DNA of 64,000 nucleotides from Epithemia pelagica (lineage: Eukaryota > Protista > Bacillariophyta), in NCBI GenBank assembly GCA_946965045.2, contig OX337229.1, positions 1,302,001 through 1,366,000 on the forward strand, in the 5' to 3' direction. Under the pieces are notes generated by a model. It had not been told where the DNA came from, made no database searches, and was given only the letters and a program-made list of their open reading frames with translations. A program made the position numbers and the translations under genes. Below, one piece after another: positions 1-13,100 of the stretch (the first letter of the stretch is position 1; each line of letters starts with the position of its first letter).

Positions 1-2736
1 ATTTTTGTCGTGGAGGTTTCGTTAACAGTTGAAACACCAACCCCAGCAAGAGAAAGAGGAGTTTGCGGCTGTTGGCTCGGGGTGGAATTACATCTCTGTG
101 AGTTCGCGCCATCATAGTTTACTCCTTTCACATGAAGCCCTCTCGTAGTTAATCCCGTTCCTCCGAAAATCCAACGTCTACGAGATTCGTAAAACGCCTT
201 ACGAACATCACATGAAGTGTCCGTTAGATGTTGATGACCAACAAAGAAGAGTTGTATGTTGCATACGTACCATTAGCCCTGCGGCGGGAAGATCACCTAT
301 GAGATCAAGAACAGAGCGAGGCGATTCTTCACCCGATTCTGGTCTGCTTTTGCCCGGTTGTGTCTTTGATTCTTCTTTCGATTGATGTGCATGGGATCCA
401 CCACTACGCCAAGGAGCTGGCATGTTTCGAAGCGCCGCCAAGTAGTTATCCAGACTTCCTCTGGGATCAAACTGACCATACCTAAGCACGGGCGGTTTGT
501 CGTTTCGCCCTAGGACACCTGATCTCGTCCTTAAACTCATTTCTTGTCGTTCCAAGCGCTCGCTGTTGTCTTTCGCGATTTGTTCACCGTTTCTGATTTT
601 CTGGAGACACACCTTCGAGAAGCACTGAAAAATGATAGAGTCTGCCGATGCGTCTATTTGAAGCATATTGTTTGCGCTAACCGGAAGAATATGGCGGAGG
701 GATCGACGAAGCGCTTGATGATAATAAGGCGGTATTCGGAAACAGTAAGCGCGAATCTCATTGCGCCAAGCCTCGTCAAGAGGTATATTTATCTTTGCAG
801 TTTTCCCGAGAGAACCTTTTCCTTCAAGCTTTTTAAGGACCCTGTGTTCTGCTTCGGCTGCGCGAAGAAGCAGCGGCAAGAGAACATGGGGATCTGGCGG
901 AAGAAGTGTGAGAGTCGCCAGGCGACTTCCGTTTGTCGAAGAAGACAACGTTGAGCTACCGTTCAGGGGTATGTGCAATATGCCAATGTTCAAATAGTTG
1001 TCTCCATCATCAGCGCCCAGCGACGGCCTACCGGCTCCAGGACAGAAAACAGGGAAGTACTCTTGTCTCCCAGGAATGGAAACTTGGACCTGTTTGCCTC
1101 CTTCGGGGCTAAGCCATTCACAGACGTAGGTATCTCGGTGCAAACATTTTGGCTGCAATGAATTGGTGCCTTTCCTGTTCGATAGTGTTAATGAATCAAG
1201 TTTCTGAAGTTGTTTCATGACATGCAGTGGTTCAAACGATTTAGATCCCAAATTCGCGGGATACCGACTGAAAAATAGTAGCGGCTGAGCTTTGCGTGGT
1301 GGCAACGTATCTAGCTTCTTGTTTGGAAAGAATGCTTCGGGTATACACCACAGTGGGGGACTCAATACGTGTTTGGGATCCGTCGATGGTGAAACACCAG
1401 ACGAACTGGGTGTTACCGTCTGTGATACAGTCGTCGAAGATGAACCAATATACAAAAGCATTGCTCGACGGGGTTTAGCTGCACGATGATGCCCCCCTTC
1501 AACTTCATCTGGCTCTAATGCCTGCAAACTAACCAATGGACCTCCATGAATGAACGAGAGACCCTGCATGGTCTTCATAGGTTTTGGCATCATTGCTGGA
1601 TTCCGAATTCCAATAGGATCTGGAAGAGGAAGTTCTCGGGGAAGAGGTGGACTTATGCGTTTCAGTAAGGCGCTAGTAATCTCAGAGAGGTTTGATGAAG
1701 ATGCTTTGTGAATTATCCAATGGGATCCTCCGGTGACTTCGCAAAGTGCTTGCAGTTGGGGATGAATGTATTGCGTGGAAGAGACACCCTCCCTTCCTCC
1801 AATGCCAATGCAAAAGATCCTTTGATCCCATCGAAAAGGCTCCGTATAAAACTCTCGAAGAGGCTGCGCCCCATATTGGAGCTGTAGTGCTCCTCCGCCA
1901 AGTTTAGGAGGATGCCTAAAGCATGCGCCGTCTGTCAGGACGACCAAACATGCGGGTTGAAGTGCACTCGAAGCAGGTGTTCCAGCGTTTCCCGTGACAA
2001 TGGAAGGATTCGGTAAACGACCCATACCGAAATTCTCAGTAAATCGACTGTGTAGTCTATAACGGGAGAGTAGCTGCAAACCTGCCGAGAGTGCTGCATT
2101 CATTCCTGTGGCGCCGCCAGCTTCTTCAGGGAACGGCTTTCCAGAGTTGGCATCCCATGAGAGTGCTCTCAAGCCCTTGAGTTGGTGGTGAAAAGACTCC
2201 ATCATGTGTTGGTCGTCCATTGAAGCGGCAGCAGCCACAGCGGCGGCGGCGTCAACTGAGGTCCCCGATGATGAAAGTTCTTGAGACTGAAGTGGGTGTT
2301 GCGCAGAGTTTGTGTCAATGGGTGCCATAGTGAGTGATCCGGCTCCAAATCCAACAAGCAATCGACCTCCTGCAGCACAAGCGAATGCTTCGGGATGTTG
2401 CCGAGCAGTGGAGAGAAGCAACAACTGGTCAGGGTGTGAAGAACCTAAACCAAGATTGGCGTATGATCGCTGAGTCTCGACAGAAGGCTCTTCATGGAGA
2501 AGTTTTACGTGCTGTGTCTGGCGTCGGCGCAACTGCCGACTAAGATCTTCAACGGCCATTTTGGCCATATCCTGGCAGAGGAAGAATAAGAAATCACAAA
2601 GAAAACATGAACGCAAGTTCTACAAGTGCCCGATCTATCAACAATCAGCCGAACGCACCAAACGTGACATGCTTGAATCTTCCGACACAGGCTGGCCCAT
2701 GGACGGGGAATTGTCGATGACGAAAACAACTATCAT
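1..2736 (-). CDS. INTS6: Integrator complex subunit 6-like (VWA domain); 3' end runs off the window
   Basis: Exon 1 (2736-2659) gives MIVVFVIDNSPSMGQ...SRL. A GT-AG intron (2658-2572) joins it to DMAKMAVE. Motifs LVVLTDG, EPFRWDQRIF and LQALCEVTGG follow. A second intron at 270-198 leads into AFYESRRRWIFGG. Confidence 0.8.
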
Positions 2737-3110
2737 GTTGTACTTCACTAATCAAGCAAACATCATCGATCATGTATTAGTTCAACACGTAAACCCACTT
2801 GTGGTGCAGGGTTTGCTTTTTTATCCTCATTTTTTTTGTGTGTGTCAAACAAATTGGTGAAGAGACATCTATGTACACTGCAAGCCTATTGATAGCAATT
2901 GAAAGGATTTTATAACCCGGATGTTTATCGGAGTGTCAGTGACACATTCGGACTTCGCCGCACATCATAAGGTTATTGCTTTTGTTTATCATGAACTCTC
3001 TTTGTCTTACCATGATGGTCATGTTTAGATAGAGATGAAAATTATGATACGTTGACGAAGACACCTGTTATGAGTTGAGTATTGCAAAGTTTTGAGGCTA
3101 GCTGGATAAA

Positions 3111-4877
3111 ATGAAGACCACCCAGGGCAAATTCGCAAGAAGAAGGAAAAGAGTCCATGACGAAACCAGAGAAACGGACAGCAACAGCGTGGTCCGCACG
3201 CGAGAACGTTCCAAAAACGAGAAGAAAAGACAATCTTTCCCTCTTGGTCCTGTCGATTTGAGGTTTCTTGTTTTTGTATGGGATAAGATTAGACGTTGTG
3301 CTTTCTTTGGCCACCTTCCGCAGAACAGACGCACCCTCTCATTGATACTCCTGGTCTGTGTTTGTTTCGTCATGTTGCTATACTCTGGACGGCCTGTATG
3401 GGGTGACGGTTACAATCCTGAGGGAGGTCTTGCTGGAACAGTGTGTGATTCTCTCATTGAGTCTCTTAGATGGAATAATGGCAAGCCTCAGCACCAGGGC
3501 ATGCACCACCTGGAACTCTCATATCCTTATGTTCCTGTGCGAAGTAGTCGCGAAGAAGTTCTCGGATACAGTGCTTTCCTGGAAGTGATTCTCAACTGGA
3601 ATTTAAGAAAGAGGAAAACGGCTCCATCTGTATCACTTAATCGTGGGAGGAAGCCAACAGCAGAACCAAGAAGGGACGAGGAATTCAGTGTACAAGACAA
3701 CCCTCGTCTCTTGCATATTCTACAATCCACAGGATGCCGTCCAGGCTGGTTATGTCATCGCTGTCTTCTCTTTCGCAGTTACGATGCGCATCAGTGCCAG
3801 ACAGTCTGTCCGGGATGCTTCGTGAATATTCTTTGCTCCAATGTACAGAACAGTAGATACCTGTGTCAAAATATGGGTGAGCCTCAGACGGCGACAAGCA
3901 GCAGCATTCCTCGTATCATTCATCAAGTCGGACGAGTGGAATGGTTAGACGCCAATGTTTTCCCAAACTTAGTGAGGCTGACGAATTCGTGGAGACAACA
4001 AAGTAATGCAACTTATCGGTATTACACTCCTGAGATGACATTTCGATTCGTTCGTCAGCACTTCTCTCCTCTAGAGAAGGCGTTCACTTCAATGACTGAA
4101 AGCGAACGACGTACTCTCTTTTCCTGGTTGATTCTTTATCATAGTGGGGGGATTTCCGCAGATGGTACGTTTCCCACCGTACGAATGTGAGTCAATTCAC
4201 AATGCCTATCTTATTGTTGGTGTTCTTCTATGTGGTTCATAGTTCAGTTGCTTCTCGAAGTGAATCTGAATGCAGTGGCTTGGAATCCGGACACGTCCTT
4301 CGTTGCAGCTGGAATGTCTGGCGACTCAAGTGGACAGAGTTGCGTTTCTATTTGGAATGGCTTTGTGGCAGCGAGTCCGCGCCATCCGGTTATTCGCCTG
4401 GCAATTCAACTTTTTCTAGAATCTCACAGTGGATGGTCGCCGTCCTCACTCTCCACTGTTTGGGAAGCGGCAAGAAGGACTTGTTCGGAAAGACCTGGGA
4501 TATGTAGAGTTGGTAGAGATCAAGATGAGTTTTCGTCCCACTTGCTGGGAAAAGCGTTCAGCGACATCACTTGGGGTCAAGGAGATACAACTGATGACGA
4601 CTTAATTTATGGGTCTTACGTTTCGCCTTTCGCCGACTCTAGAAGTCTGATTTTGCTGGTGAGTACTAATATGGACGACGGCTTCAGTTCCGATATGCAA
4701 GTATTCTAATTTCTTCAGATGAGTCACGATGACACTGGTGCCAGCAGAATTACAGAAGTTGATCGAGATCTACTCGTTGCATCCACCAAGTTTATTGGAC
4801 AATCTATTGAGCCTATTCATCCGCAAAGGAAAGATGTACGGCGGGCAACGACTACTGAGGGAAAGAGTATTACCTGA
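3111..4877 (+). CDS. Membrane-anchored glycosyltransferase, DXD sugar-binding (GT32/OCH1-like), multi-exon
   Basis: N-terminal hydrophobic helix, IPRIIHQ, and LILYHSGGISAD; a later exon gives WNGFVAASPRHP. The last exon is 4719-4877 after a gtgagt intron. Internal exon boundaries are only partly resolved. Confidence 0.6.
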
Positions 4878-5012
4878 TTGACAAGCTGTCGCACGGCTGA
4901 ATTAAGACTTTCTGACTAATAATAGAAAGCCGACTCTGTATTTATGACACTATAATTTGTTCAACTTGCAATAGCGATAATGTGCAATTTTTTGCTCCAG
5001 AAGATATACTTC

Positions 5013-8000
5013 TTATTTCTTGCCCTTCTTCTTTTTGTTACCAGTCTGTTTCTTCTTTTTCGAATCCTCTTCAGCCATGAGATTAGCTGCAATAGCCTCT
5101 GCTTTGAGTTCTTCCTCGTGGAACACTTTTTTCTCCTCTGAACGGTTCCCTTCTCGGACAGCCATCTCAGTGTACTTTTTCAAATCACCGTCACTTTCCT
5201 TCATAGCAGCGTGCTCATTGGATACGAATCGTGCCAACGACTTATTCGCCCTCTTTTCTGCTTCCACGGCGTTCTTAAACTCTCCACATTGCGCAAGGCT
5301 CTTGGCAAGTGCTCGCAACGTGAAACCTTCAAGCAAACGGTCAGTGGGATCAAGCCTTTCGAGTTCACGGAAGATTTTCACAGCAATAGCGCTATATTTT
5401 CCGTTGTAATCTTCGTAAGAATACAGAGCTCCTAGCTTGTGTAGAGCATCATAATGTTCAATATGCCGAGGTCCACATGATATCTCCAAGATGTACATTG
5501 CAGCTCTTAGATGCTTCACACAAACATCAAACTGACGTGCAGCGAAGAGCATTTGGAACAAAAGAATGTGAATATTGAAAACATGCTGACCATCAAAGCC
5601 ACCGCTTTGTACAGCGAGGCCAAGCGCTTTTGCGCCGTTGGAGATAGCCAGGGACGGGTCATTCGCTTCAAGGAATACATTTGCCATAAGTTCAACGCAG
5701 TCCACTACAGCCGGATGAGCACCGTTCTCCGTGACCCGCTGATAAAGCGAAGCGGCCTCCTGAGCTAATTCCAGTGCCCTTGACAAGCCTCTGCTATTCA
5801 TCTGGAAGTGGGCTCGTTCCAATGCTGCCTTCGCGTCGTAGAGTGAAATTTGCAACAGCGGAGTCACTACCACAGGATTTAGTGCACACGGGAGGAATCC
5901 TTCATGGTAAGCCGCCGTATGCTTCATCATTGGCACAATATCAACAATATCGACGGGAGATATGGGGTAGGACGCAGTCAACCGGCCACCTGCAGTATTT
6001 CCCTCCGTGTAACACTTTCCACCCACGTCATAGTTTTTCGCCACGAGCCTGACACCAATTCGCTGACATATTCGACGCAAAAGAGGTATATGGTTGGCCC
6101 TTCCACTTTTGTTTCCGTTATTGAAGAGAGTCAGGCTGTATCGGAAACGGCGCCCGATCTCCTTGTCGACGTCCTTCCACACTTGGTACCTAGAGGGTGC
6201 AGGTGAAGGCAACGCATCGCCTTCGCCTCCCACATCAAACACAGCAAAAGCTTGCAAGTCATCCTCATCGGGGATGGAAGCATCACTCTTTTCGAGTCGA
6301 GTTTCTGTCTGGGCCGCTGTTTCTTCGCGCTCGGAGACTAGGGCACTCAAGAATGATGCGATAAGCTGGACTGGTTGCGCTGTAGCGGCGCCTCCACGTT
6401 CCATCAAGTATGTGTCCAACACATGCTTGGCAGCTCGTGCAACCATTTCGCATTCCAGCAGTTCGAGCCAACTCAGTGGCATTGTCCGGCGAGAGAAAAC
6501 AGTTACTCGGCCATTCTTCAAGTCATCATTGGTCTTCATGTCCCGTTTTTCTTCCTCTATTGCAAGGGTAGCCAACCGGCCGAGGTACCGGCAGTTGACC
6601 CCATTGCGATGAAGGAATTCGGTTAAAGACTTGCCCCCGACTGGGAGGGTCGACACAACCCCATCACGTATCATGCGGGTAACACGGGGAAGGACTTCAT
6701 CAAACAGAAATACTGCTGCTTCTTTCACCTTCTCTTCGTCTGCTTTCATCTGTTCAGGGTCCACGACACGAACGTCCGGAAGAAACACGTTGATGTTCAG
6801 ACGCATACTATCAGTCAAGGCTTTTTGATCTTCTTCGGTCATCTCAAACTTTTCTTGTTGTTTCTCATCTTTATCTTTCGTATCCCCCTCTGATTTCTCC
6901 TTCTCATCATTGCCTTTTTTGCCATCTTCGGTTTTCGCTCCTTCGGCATCTTTCTTCTTTTGTGCTTCTGCTTCGAAATGTTCTTTTCGCTTAGCTTCCA
7001 TGTACTTTTGAATACAACTCCGAATCCATTGATTGATGAGCTCCGGTCGCAAGACATTCAAAGTCCACTCTTCATCTTTAATCGCCGAAGGAATGGTACT
7101 CCCACTGCTGGTACCGTCCTTGCTGAGGAGTCCTTCCCACCTGCCAGTCCCTCCATCTTTCTCAGGGACCCAGTTGGCATCGCGTGGAGTCATTCGGCCA
7201 AAATCCAGCAAGTACTTTCGTTGGTCGCTTCCTCGAATTCCTTTCGTCTCCAGTGGTGCACATGTATTCATGGTTGCAGCCATGTCCACTTCTTGGTCGG
7301 AATTGACCTCCGTCCCAATTCCCGCTAGGAGCAAGGACGCACTCTTCAACTTTTTGCATTCTTCTAATCTTTCGGCAGTAAGCGGACTGGTATAAACCGG
7401 ACGATCCAGCAGATTCAGTGCCTCACCAACCTTTTCCTGAAGCAAGCTATGAAACTCTTCATCACATTTCATTGGGATCTCAATGTCGACGGAACCAAGG
7501 AGGATGGTATGTGATTTTTCGCCTTGTAAGATTCCAGGAAGAATGCTTTGACAAATGAAGCGACTTCCTAGGTAATCGATGAGGACCGTGGCCAGTGTGT
7601 GAAACCCAGAGCCCTCCATGCGATGAAAGGTCTTGATACATTGTATTTCCCGTCCCGCCGCCTTTTTCGCCGCCCGGTCACCCTTGACGAGTCGGAATGT
7701 TTCTGGGCCCACATCCAAGGCTCGAGAAACAAAAATGTTGTTGTGCAAGTAAACCTGGGTTCGTGTTCCTTCGTTGGGATTCATGGGAGAAATGTGTCCA
7801 TCAGATATAGCCTTGACCGCCAAAAGAGCCGCCTCTCCATACTCGGTCATTGTTTTGTGAATCACTCGAGCACGCTCGACACGCTCGACCAAAGTCGATG
7901 TCGGCATTTCACGAGCAAGCTGCAGTTCCTCATTCCAATCACGGAGGGCTCCATTGCGAACATCGACACCAAATGTCTGGGATACCTCTTCTTCCGCTCT

Positions 8001-9641
8001 CGCTGTGCGATATTCGTGAAAGACGCAGGGATTCCACATAGACTGATTGTCTTTGGTAGCAACTTTGGGCAGTTTCACCAGCCAGGAAGGCGTTCGAATG
8101 GTTGAATCCAAGGCCATGGACGATTTAATAGCAAAGGTGGGATCAGTGCAACCTCCCATTTCGCCTCGAACGGCGAGACGAAACAAGGTCGGAAAAGCCC
8201 CTTTGTTAATTTGAGATGTAATATCACTCCTCTCTTTTGATCCTTCCAAGGCATCCTTCCAAAGACCAGCAAAACTAGGAGATGCCTGCAGCAAACAATC
8301 CAATAACGTATGCGAAAAACACATGTTGGGCGCAGGAGACGGATCGAACATGTATTTTCCATTGATAGTTGCGTAGGTCCGGTTCACATAGAACCCAAAA
8401 ATTCCTGCTGTAATATGGACAACACCAATCTTGTTGTCCTTTTCCGGGATGGATACCTCCAAATACGCAATGTCTCCCATCATGCGGCGAACGGGGGGCG
8501 GGGGGTGGAATCCACTATATTGAATGGTGCAATGTACATGAACCACACCTTCCAACTGATTCAAACGAAACAGCTTGTCTCGTACGATACTAGGTGGTAA
8601 GGTCGCAACGTCTTCTTCCGAGGCCTCCACCACTGCGTTTTGCTTGGACGATCCAATTTTTTGGATAGCCTTAGATTTCTTCTTTTTGGCCGCCTTTCCG
8701 TTCATTTCCTTGAGGATCCCGGATCCCAACGTGCTTCGATCAAAAGCCACAGGATCTTCACCGGAACACAAATAGAAAAAGTCGCGCAAATTGCTTCCAT
8801 CCACTCGAGCAGACTGTAGAATCGGCAAATCGGGCAAGGGCTTGGTCTTTTCCGGTTTCTCACCACCCTCTTCGGCGGTCACCGGAGATGATTCACCTTC
8901 GGCAGCCGATGGTTCCGGTTTCGATTCATCCGCCATGGCTGCTGCTGCAGCGTCATCCACCAAGGATGTGACTGCCGGAGCATTGCCATGCAACAAGTGT
9001 CGCAATCGAACAATGTGCTCCTTGACGGATGAAGAATCGTAGCGTTCCAGAACAATACGCAAGGCTGCCCCGTCTTGGACAGCCTCGCATGACTGCAAAT
9101 CACTAAACTCATCCAACACGACACTGTCCGTCGAAGAGTCTTTCGGTTCTACTTTCGGAGTGTCTTGAGGAGGAGGAGAAGCCGAGACAAAAGACTTGTC
9201 CAAGGATTGCAGTGCTGCCGGGATACAAACCACTGCCTTTTGACCGGTAAAGGGCGACACCAAAGGAAGTGTCATTTCGTCCTCGGTCATTGTAGGCTTG
9301 TCGGTAGCAGCAGCAGTTTCGACTTCAATGCGATAATTGGTGTAATGCGCCAGACCCACTACTTCGGCCATGGCCAAACGAAGTGACAGAACGGGTTCCT
9401 CGGGTCGAATCGGAGGCAATGGAAGACGATACGACTGTTTGTCGTCTTTGCCGTCATCCGGCTTTTGACGGGGAGGCAAGATACATAAATTATTTAACGG
9501 TGGCTTAGCAGCCGCCAATTCATCCTCGGGTTGGGCTTCATCGGCTTTGGCTTCGTCTGGCATGCCTTCTTCTTTCTCAGGTTTATCCTCAGGTGCAGAA
9601 GGGCCTGCCTCGACACTTTTTTCTCCTTTTTCAGCAGCCAT
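5013..9641 (-). CDS. CLU1: Clustered mitochondria protein (CLU/Clueless/TIF31 homologue)
   Basis: Motifs DWNEELQ, YLHNNIF, DYLGSRFICQSILPGIL, GSDQRKYLLD, LHRNGVNCRYLG, EMVARAAKH and C-terminal TPR-like repeats. First ATG is at 9641; the track's 9647 is a GTG. Confidence 0.92.
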   Translation of the reverse strand: MAAEKGEKSVEAGPSAPEDKPEKEEGMPDEAKADEAQPEDELAAAKPPLNNLCILPPRQKPDDGKDDKQSYRLPLPPIRPEEPVLSLRLAMAEVVGLAHYTNYRIEVETAAATDKPTMTEDEMTLPLVSPFTGQKAVVCIPAALQSLDKSFVSASPPPQDTPKVEPKDSSTDSVVLDEFSDLQSCEAVQDGAALRIVLERYDSSSVKEHIVRLRHLLHGNAPAVTSLVDDAAAAAMADESKPEPSAAEGESSPVTAEEGGEKPEKTKPLPDLPILQSARVDGSNLRDFFYLCSGEDPVAFDRSTLGSGILKEMNGKAAKKKKSKAIQKIGSSKQNAVVEASEEDVATLPPSIVRDKLFRLNQLEGVVHVHCTIQYSGFHPPPPVRRMMGDIAYLEVSIPEKDNKIGVVHITAGIFGFYVNRTYATINGKYMFDPSPAPNMCFSHTLLDCLLQASPSFAGLWKDALEGSKERSDITSQINKGAFPTLFRLAVRGEMGGCTDPTFAIKSSMALDSTIRTPSWLVKLPKVATKDNQSMWNPCVFHEYRTARAEEEVSQTFGVDVRNGALRDWNEELQLAREMPTSTLVERVERARVIHKTMTEYGEAALLAVKAISDGHISPMNPNEGTRTQVYLHNNIFVSRALDVGPETFRLVKGDRAAKKAAGREIQCIKTFHRMEGSGFHTLATVLIDYLGSRFICQSILPGILQGEKSHTILLGSVDIEIPMKCDEEFHSLLQEKVGEALNLLDRPVYTSPLTAERLEECKKLKSASLLLAGIGTEVNSDQEVDMAATMNTCAPLETKGIRGSDQRKYLLDFGRMTPRDANWVPEKDGGTGRWEGLLSKDGTSSGSTIPSAIKDEEWTLNVLRPELINQWIRSCIQKYMEAKRKEHFEAEAQKKKDAEGAKTEDGKKGNDEKEKSEGDTKDKDEKQQEKFEMTEEDQKALTDSMRLNINVFLPDVRVVDPEQMKADEEKVKEAAVFLFDEVLPRVTRMIRDGVVSTLPVGGKSLTEFLHRNGVNCRYLGRLATLAIEEEKRDMKTNDDLKNGRVTVFSRRTMPLSWLELLECEMVARAAKHVLDTYLMERGGAATAQPVQLIASFLSALVSEREETAAQTETRLEKSDASIPDEDDLQAFAVFDVGGEGDALPSPAPSRYQVWKDVDKEIGRRFRYSLTLFNNGNKSGRANHIPLLRRICQRIGVRLVAKNYDVGGKCYTEGNTAGGRLTASYPISPVDIVDIVPMMKHTAAYHEGFLPCALNPVVVTPLLQISLYDAKAALERAHFQMNSRGLSRALELAQEAASLYQRVTENGAHPAVVDCVELMANVFLEANDPSLAISNGAKALGLAVQSGGFDGQHVFNIHILLFQMLFAARQFDVCVKHLRAAMYILEISCGPRHIEHYDALHKLGALYSYEDYNGKYSAIAVKIFRELERLDPTDRLLEGFTLRALAKSLAQCGEFKNAVEAEKRANKSLARFVSNEHAAMKESDGDLKKYTEMAVREGNRSEEKKVFHEEELKAEAIAANLMAEEDSKKKKQTGNKKKKGKK

Positions 9642-10186
9642 AGTCACGGGAACTTGTGGTGGACGATGATTCTATGGGACCACGCACCGGCGAATGTGGT
9701 GGATCTTTCTCACAAAAAATAGAGGGAAGGATTTGTCCACACTGTGGTCCTCTGTGTGTTTCGATGCGAAGAGCAACTGCAGGTCCACCACCGCCGCCTG
9801 TCCACCACACCACCTGTCGGTGGTAGACATCAGTCCACGTCATATTGTACTTTTAAACGTTCCCGGTCTCATGTTTGTTAAATCTCCAAATGGTTCTCTA
9901 AGTAACTGTCCGCACAAGCTCTTCCATCGCCAATTGCGAGTAGGTAGAATGAATACATACATACGGCTACTGTACCGAACGGACCGTTGTGAAGCGCCTC
10001 CCGAGCTATTTGAGAACGGACATGCGTCCCTCCATGTATTGCTTCCAACCCAACTGCCCCTCCACAATTATTTTGGGAAAACACATCAAGACAAGGACAC
10101 TGCTGCAACCACCAAAGAGGAGCTTGTCTGTTAGTTCATCATCATCATCGAGAGGCACAACAAGCAATCTTGTGGATCTTGCCATC

Positions 10187-13100
10187 ATGAAGAAACAGGA
10201 AGCGACGGCGACTGCAGATCCCACGTCTTCTGGTACAAGTCGTTCCAAGGCGTCCAAAGATCCACCGTCCAAATTCGAATTGGAAGCGGCCGTAGCCCTT
10301 TCCAACCCATCGACCAACACTCGAAAATCAACTCGTGCCAAATCCACCGCCACCAAGACAACAAAGACGGTTGCTGCGCCGGCCAACAGTATTAGCACAA
10401 CCACCAGTCGATTTATTCACTCCACCACAGCCGCAGCTCTCAATCTTATTCAGGAAACCTTGGATGGTGACGAAAGCGGGTCCAACAACAACAACAACAA
10501 AACTATTGCAGTTCGCATGTCTCCCTACTTGCCCTTTCCCATGAGTACTGCGGATGAACCAACCATGACAACGAAAAGCCCCGGCAAGCTTTCTGTCGCG
10601 TCGGCGTACAATCCCTATGGCGGTGGGTTTGATTCCACCTCCCCTCCCGTCGATCAACTAGAGTTCCATTCTGTAGGCTTTGATGGAGATGGTTCTGCTC
10701 GACCTACTACTACTATTACAAGTGACAATATCACCTTGGAGCGGGACTTTAAACGACTTCAAGAAGGCTTTCGTGTCAAAGCTTTTATTGGTTCGCTGAC
10801 ACCCGAACCAGCCATTTTGCATTTAGACAGGGAACGCATGAACATTTGCATCTCACCCACTAACGCAGATGCTGAGGAGAAGAAAGACGGAGGGGACTCG
10901 GATCGTCTGGTCAAGATTCCCATGAACCATGTATTCAAACTGGAATTTGGACGAGCTGGAATGGCTGGTACACGGTTGCATCCGCTCAAATCGTTTTCGA
11001 TTGCCATTGAAGACGGACCGTCGCTCTTTTACTATGACTTTGAGGCCGACACGCCTGTGGAGAGAGACTATTTGGTGTCCACTCTTATTCATGTCCTGGA
11101 AGCAATATACAACTACAACGAACTACGACAAGACAATTTGACAGTACGAGGGAATACCCGAGGATACGAGAGCGAACGGCGAGATTTGGATGATATCCTC
11201 GTTGAAACCCAAAGTTACAGTTCGATCGATGGAATCCATCCTAGGTCTCCGTCAACCCGACGAGATACATTGCAGGATGTTCTTGGGGATGATGCTGAAG
11301 AAGGTGGAACTATTGACCAACCTATCCCGTGTAGCCCTTCCTTAGAGATGACAACCAATGAGTTCATTCAACCATTGAATCCCCTTCGCAAGAGTGCTGA
11401 CACTCATACTTCTCTCCTTTCGCCTTCCTCCCCCATCACTCCTTCGTCTGAAGGAGTCAATGGATCGAGCCTTTATGGTGCTGCCAGTCATACTGGTGTA
11501 TACGGGAGAGATTCCTTTGAATCACGGGATCCACAAGATTGGACCTCTCGAGATCAACGACACCATGAGGCGCGAAGTTACGATATCCTCGACACGAATC
11601 ACGAAGGCGGACTTGATCATGGAAATGATGACAGGTTAGAACAAGCTCGACGGAATGATCCGATTGAAGAAAAGAAGCGAGCGCTGCTTCGATCATTGCT
11701 TACCAAGTCCCCCGTTCAACGCAATTCCTTTTCATCAGCAAAGCCTCTGCTACAGTTTGACTCGGAACATACCCCTGCTAACCCAGAGGTTTCTCCCCGG
11801 AAGCAATCAGAGGGGCGCTACCGTGATGAACCAATAGACCTTGTTGGAGGCCATGAGAGCTCCGTGGATCTGTCGACCCCTGATCTTGCTCCTGATGCCA
11901 ATTATGTTGGTCGAGGTTTTGATCCTTCACTGTTGGTAAAAGGAGAGTTTGTGAATGTCGATCATCCCTCGGCAGGCGATGAGAGTTACATACACCATCA
12001 AAATTTACACACAATTACAGAAAATGGAGGCAATGGAAGACAACCAAGTGGTCTCGATGCAAAGCTTTCTCAGCGTACATCAAACTATGACAAAAATGAT
12101 GGAGGATGGATGACCTACAGGAGCACGAACTCGTTCTCTGAAAACAGCACGGTTGCTGCGTCAAACGTTCGACAATCCAGGTCAAGATCAAACACATACA
12201 GAACATCGACGGGATCCTCTCCGAGTGAACCAATCTTTGTGGACGAAGGGCAAACAGATAGACCTGACCCAGATGGTGTCCCGTTTGATGATGGTCATTC
12301 ACAAAACACTGATGTGGGAGAGGTGGAAGGAAGAAGTTTGTTTATGTCAAACTTTCGTTCCAAAACGTTCTTTGACTTTAGCGGTCACCCGTCGCAGAGT
12401 TATGATCTGAGGCCTTCGAATAGTCAACACCAACTTGTTGGTCCATGGTGCTCGGATGATGTCTGTACTACAACGTTGAACGACATGGCACAGACGTGTT
12501 CAGGAATATTTGCTGCTGATCAAAGTCAGTATGCACATGTTCAACCCACGTGCATCGACCCCTCCTTATTGGCCGACGATCAAATCCAGGTTGTTCAAGA
12601 GTATGTGAACAATGCATTAGGTGCTCCATCCGCTATGTACGAGTATTTTGTGGAAGACCCGTCATCTGAAAACCCCACCGAGGCCAACAAATCTGATGGA
12701 TCATCCAATCGAGTAAAAAATCGATCGACAGTCCGCAATGCCCAAGCCGGAAGACTACGTAATCTCCGCAAGGAGATGACATTCGCCTCTGCTTTGCAAA
12801 ATTCTAGAGATCACATGCAAATCCGAACCACAAGATCATTCAATGATGCACCACCTGCGCGGATCACAAACCAAGCAGCAAACCATTTCCTTGGATCGGC
12901 ACTGTTAACAAGTGTGGTCAATACCATGGTACAGCAGGGTGGCGATTTCGAGGACATCGAACATGAAGAAGACGATGTTGCCTACTATGATAGTGATCCT
13001 GAAGATTCCCGCGAACGGACCCTTCACCATGGACCACGCCGTGTGTCTGCACAGATGAAGAATCGTCTGACTGAAAGCAACCGAAATGAGGAGCGATCGC

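Noticed and set aside
8491-8508. G-rich run as a G-quadruplex or repeat
   Set aside because: It is the complement of codons for a polyproline stretch (HPPPPV) in CLU.
5020-9400. Many 60-170 aa plus-strand ORFs opposite CLU, and similar short ORFs opposite other long genes
   Set aside because: Antisense or alternate-frame shadows with no domain features.
9989-10186. N-terminal extensions given by the ORF track from GTG/TTG or distant starts (also 18438, 28380, 43996, 57260)
   Set aside because: Eukaryotic genes; the downstream ATGs fit homologue-like N-termini better.
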